Below, one piece after another: positions 62,903 to 64,000 of a stretch of 64,000 nucleotides of DNA (the stretch's first letter is position 1; each line of letters begins with the position of its first letter). The position numbers were made by a program, and so were the translations under genes. Below the pieces are notes generated by a model. That model ran no database searches and was not told the DNA's origin. It saw nothing but the letters and a program-made list of their open reading frames with translations. The stretch is from assembly GCF_001194135.2 (NCBI RefSeq), contig NC_068981.1, positions 85,935,649 through 85,999,648 on the forward strand. The letters run 5' to 3'. The stretch is from Octopus bimaculoides (Eukaryota).

Positions 62903-63285
62903 CAGGCATGGCTGTGTGGTAAGAAGTTTGCTTCCCAACCACATGGTTCCGGGTTCAGTTCCACAGCGTGACACTTTTGGCAAGTGTCTTCTACTATAGC
63001 GTCGGGCCAACCAAAGCCTTGTGAGTGAGTTTGGTAGACGGAAACTGAAAGTAGCCTGTTGTGTGTGTGTGTGTGTAGTTGTGTGTGTGTCTTTGTGTCT
63101 GTGTCTGTTCCCCACCCACCACCACTTGACAACCGGTGTCGGTATGTTTACGTCTCCGCAGTGTAGCGGTTCGGCAAAAAGTCGATAGAATAAATACTTG
63201 GGTCAATTCGTTCGACTAAAAAATTCTTCAAGGCGGTGCCCCAGTATGGCTGCAGTCCAACGGCTAGAAAAAGCAAGAGATAACA
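62903..63285 (+). mobile_element. SINE family B, full length
   Basis: CAGGCATGGCTGTGTGGTAAGAAGTTTGCTTCCCAACCACATGGTTCCGGGTTCAGTTCCAC ... GGCGGTGCCCCAGTATGGCTGCAGTCC. Confidence 0.92.
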
Positions 63286-64000
63286 GTTAAAAGATACGTT
63301 TTGATATGAAGTTTTAGTAATTCAGTCATATAGATAACTTTTGTCAAATGATATCTATTTGTCAGGCTGTAAATATACGATACAAATTTAGAAACAGGCT
63401 CATTAAATTTCTTTTTTTTTTATTATACCAACATAGAGAAAAGTATTCGAGCGTAAATGTGAGCTACATGCCAAGACAAATAGACATGTTTTCCGATATA
63501 AATAGATGCTTTTTTTTTTTGTATCCGTTTCGTTGCACAGAAACCTAATAGTCAACGCATCAATGCTGTTGGCATTGGTAAATTACCCTGGAACATAAGT
63601 AAAAACATGCTATATAGACTCACTCTCGAGTGTTATATTTCTTGCTTTCATCTTTATAAGGGAATCTCAAAAATTTGATAATGTCTGTAACAAGAATAAA
63701 TGTATATATATGTCATGCCTAGCTCTCATATAGGATACGTTAGGTAGGTTTGTGTGCGTTTGAGAGAGAGACAGAGAAAGATGGAGAGAGAGAGAGATAG
63801 ACAGAGATAAAAGTGTGTATGTATATACATATATATATGTATATGTATACACACAGCAACATACTCACACAAACGTACGCCCCTCCCACATACAGGCTAG
63901 GTGGTTCTGAGATTTGGTTCAAAATGTGAAAGTAACTTTTTGAATTGGGGATTAACAGGATACTGAAACACGCTGAAAGTAACTTCTTAAACTTTTTTCC

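Overview
AT-rich, repeat-dense eukaryotic DNA with 11 N-gaps. I can support no host protein-coding gene, rRNA, true tRNA or CRISPR array. The SINE families and repeat landscape resemble an Octopus (coleoid cephalopod) genome; this is my inference, not a database result. Contents: dozens of copies of three tRNA-headed SINE families (labelled A, B and C here), a 2.1-kb R4/Dong-type LINE ending on (AAT)14(GAT)14, several decayed Penelope-like elements (PLEs) with nearby minimal hammerhead-ribozyme motifs, a decayed mariner, a Tigger/pogo relic, a Gypsy CsRn1-type gag relic, hAT-type MITEs, two short Helitron-like elements and long compound microsatellites. Most notable: (1) a 713-bp TIR element (53732-54444) carrying an open 175-aa SAP-domain/half-SWIM ORF behind ETS/YY1-like motifs; (2) three near-canonical hammerhead motifs (8366, 22370, 32928); (3) an AATAT(T) target-site rule and same-site stacking for SINE-A. 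Most entries in the ORF track are artefacts of N-gaps and microsatellites.
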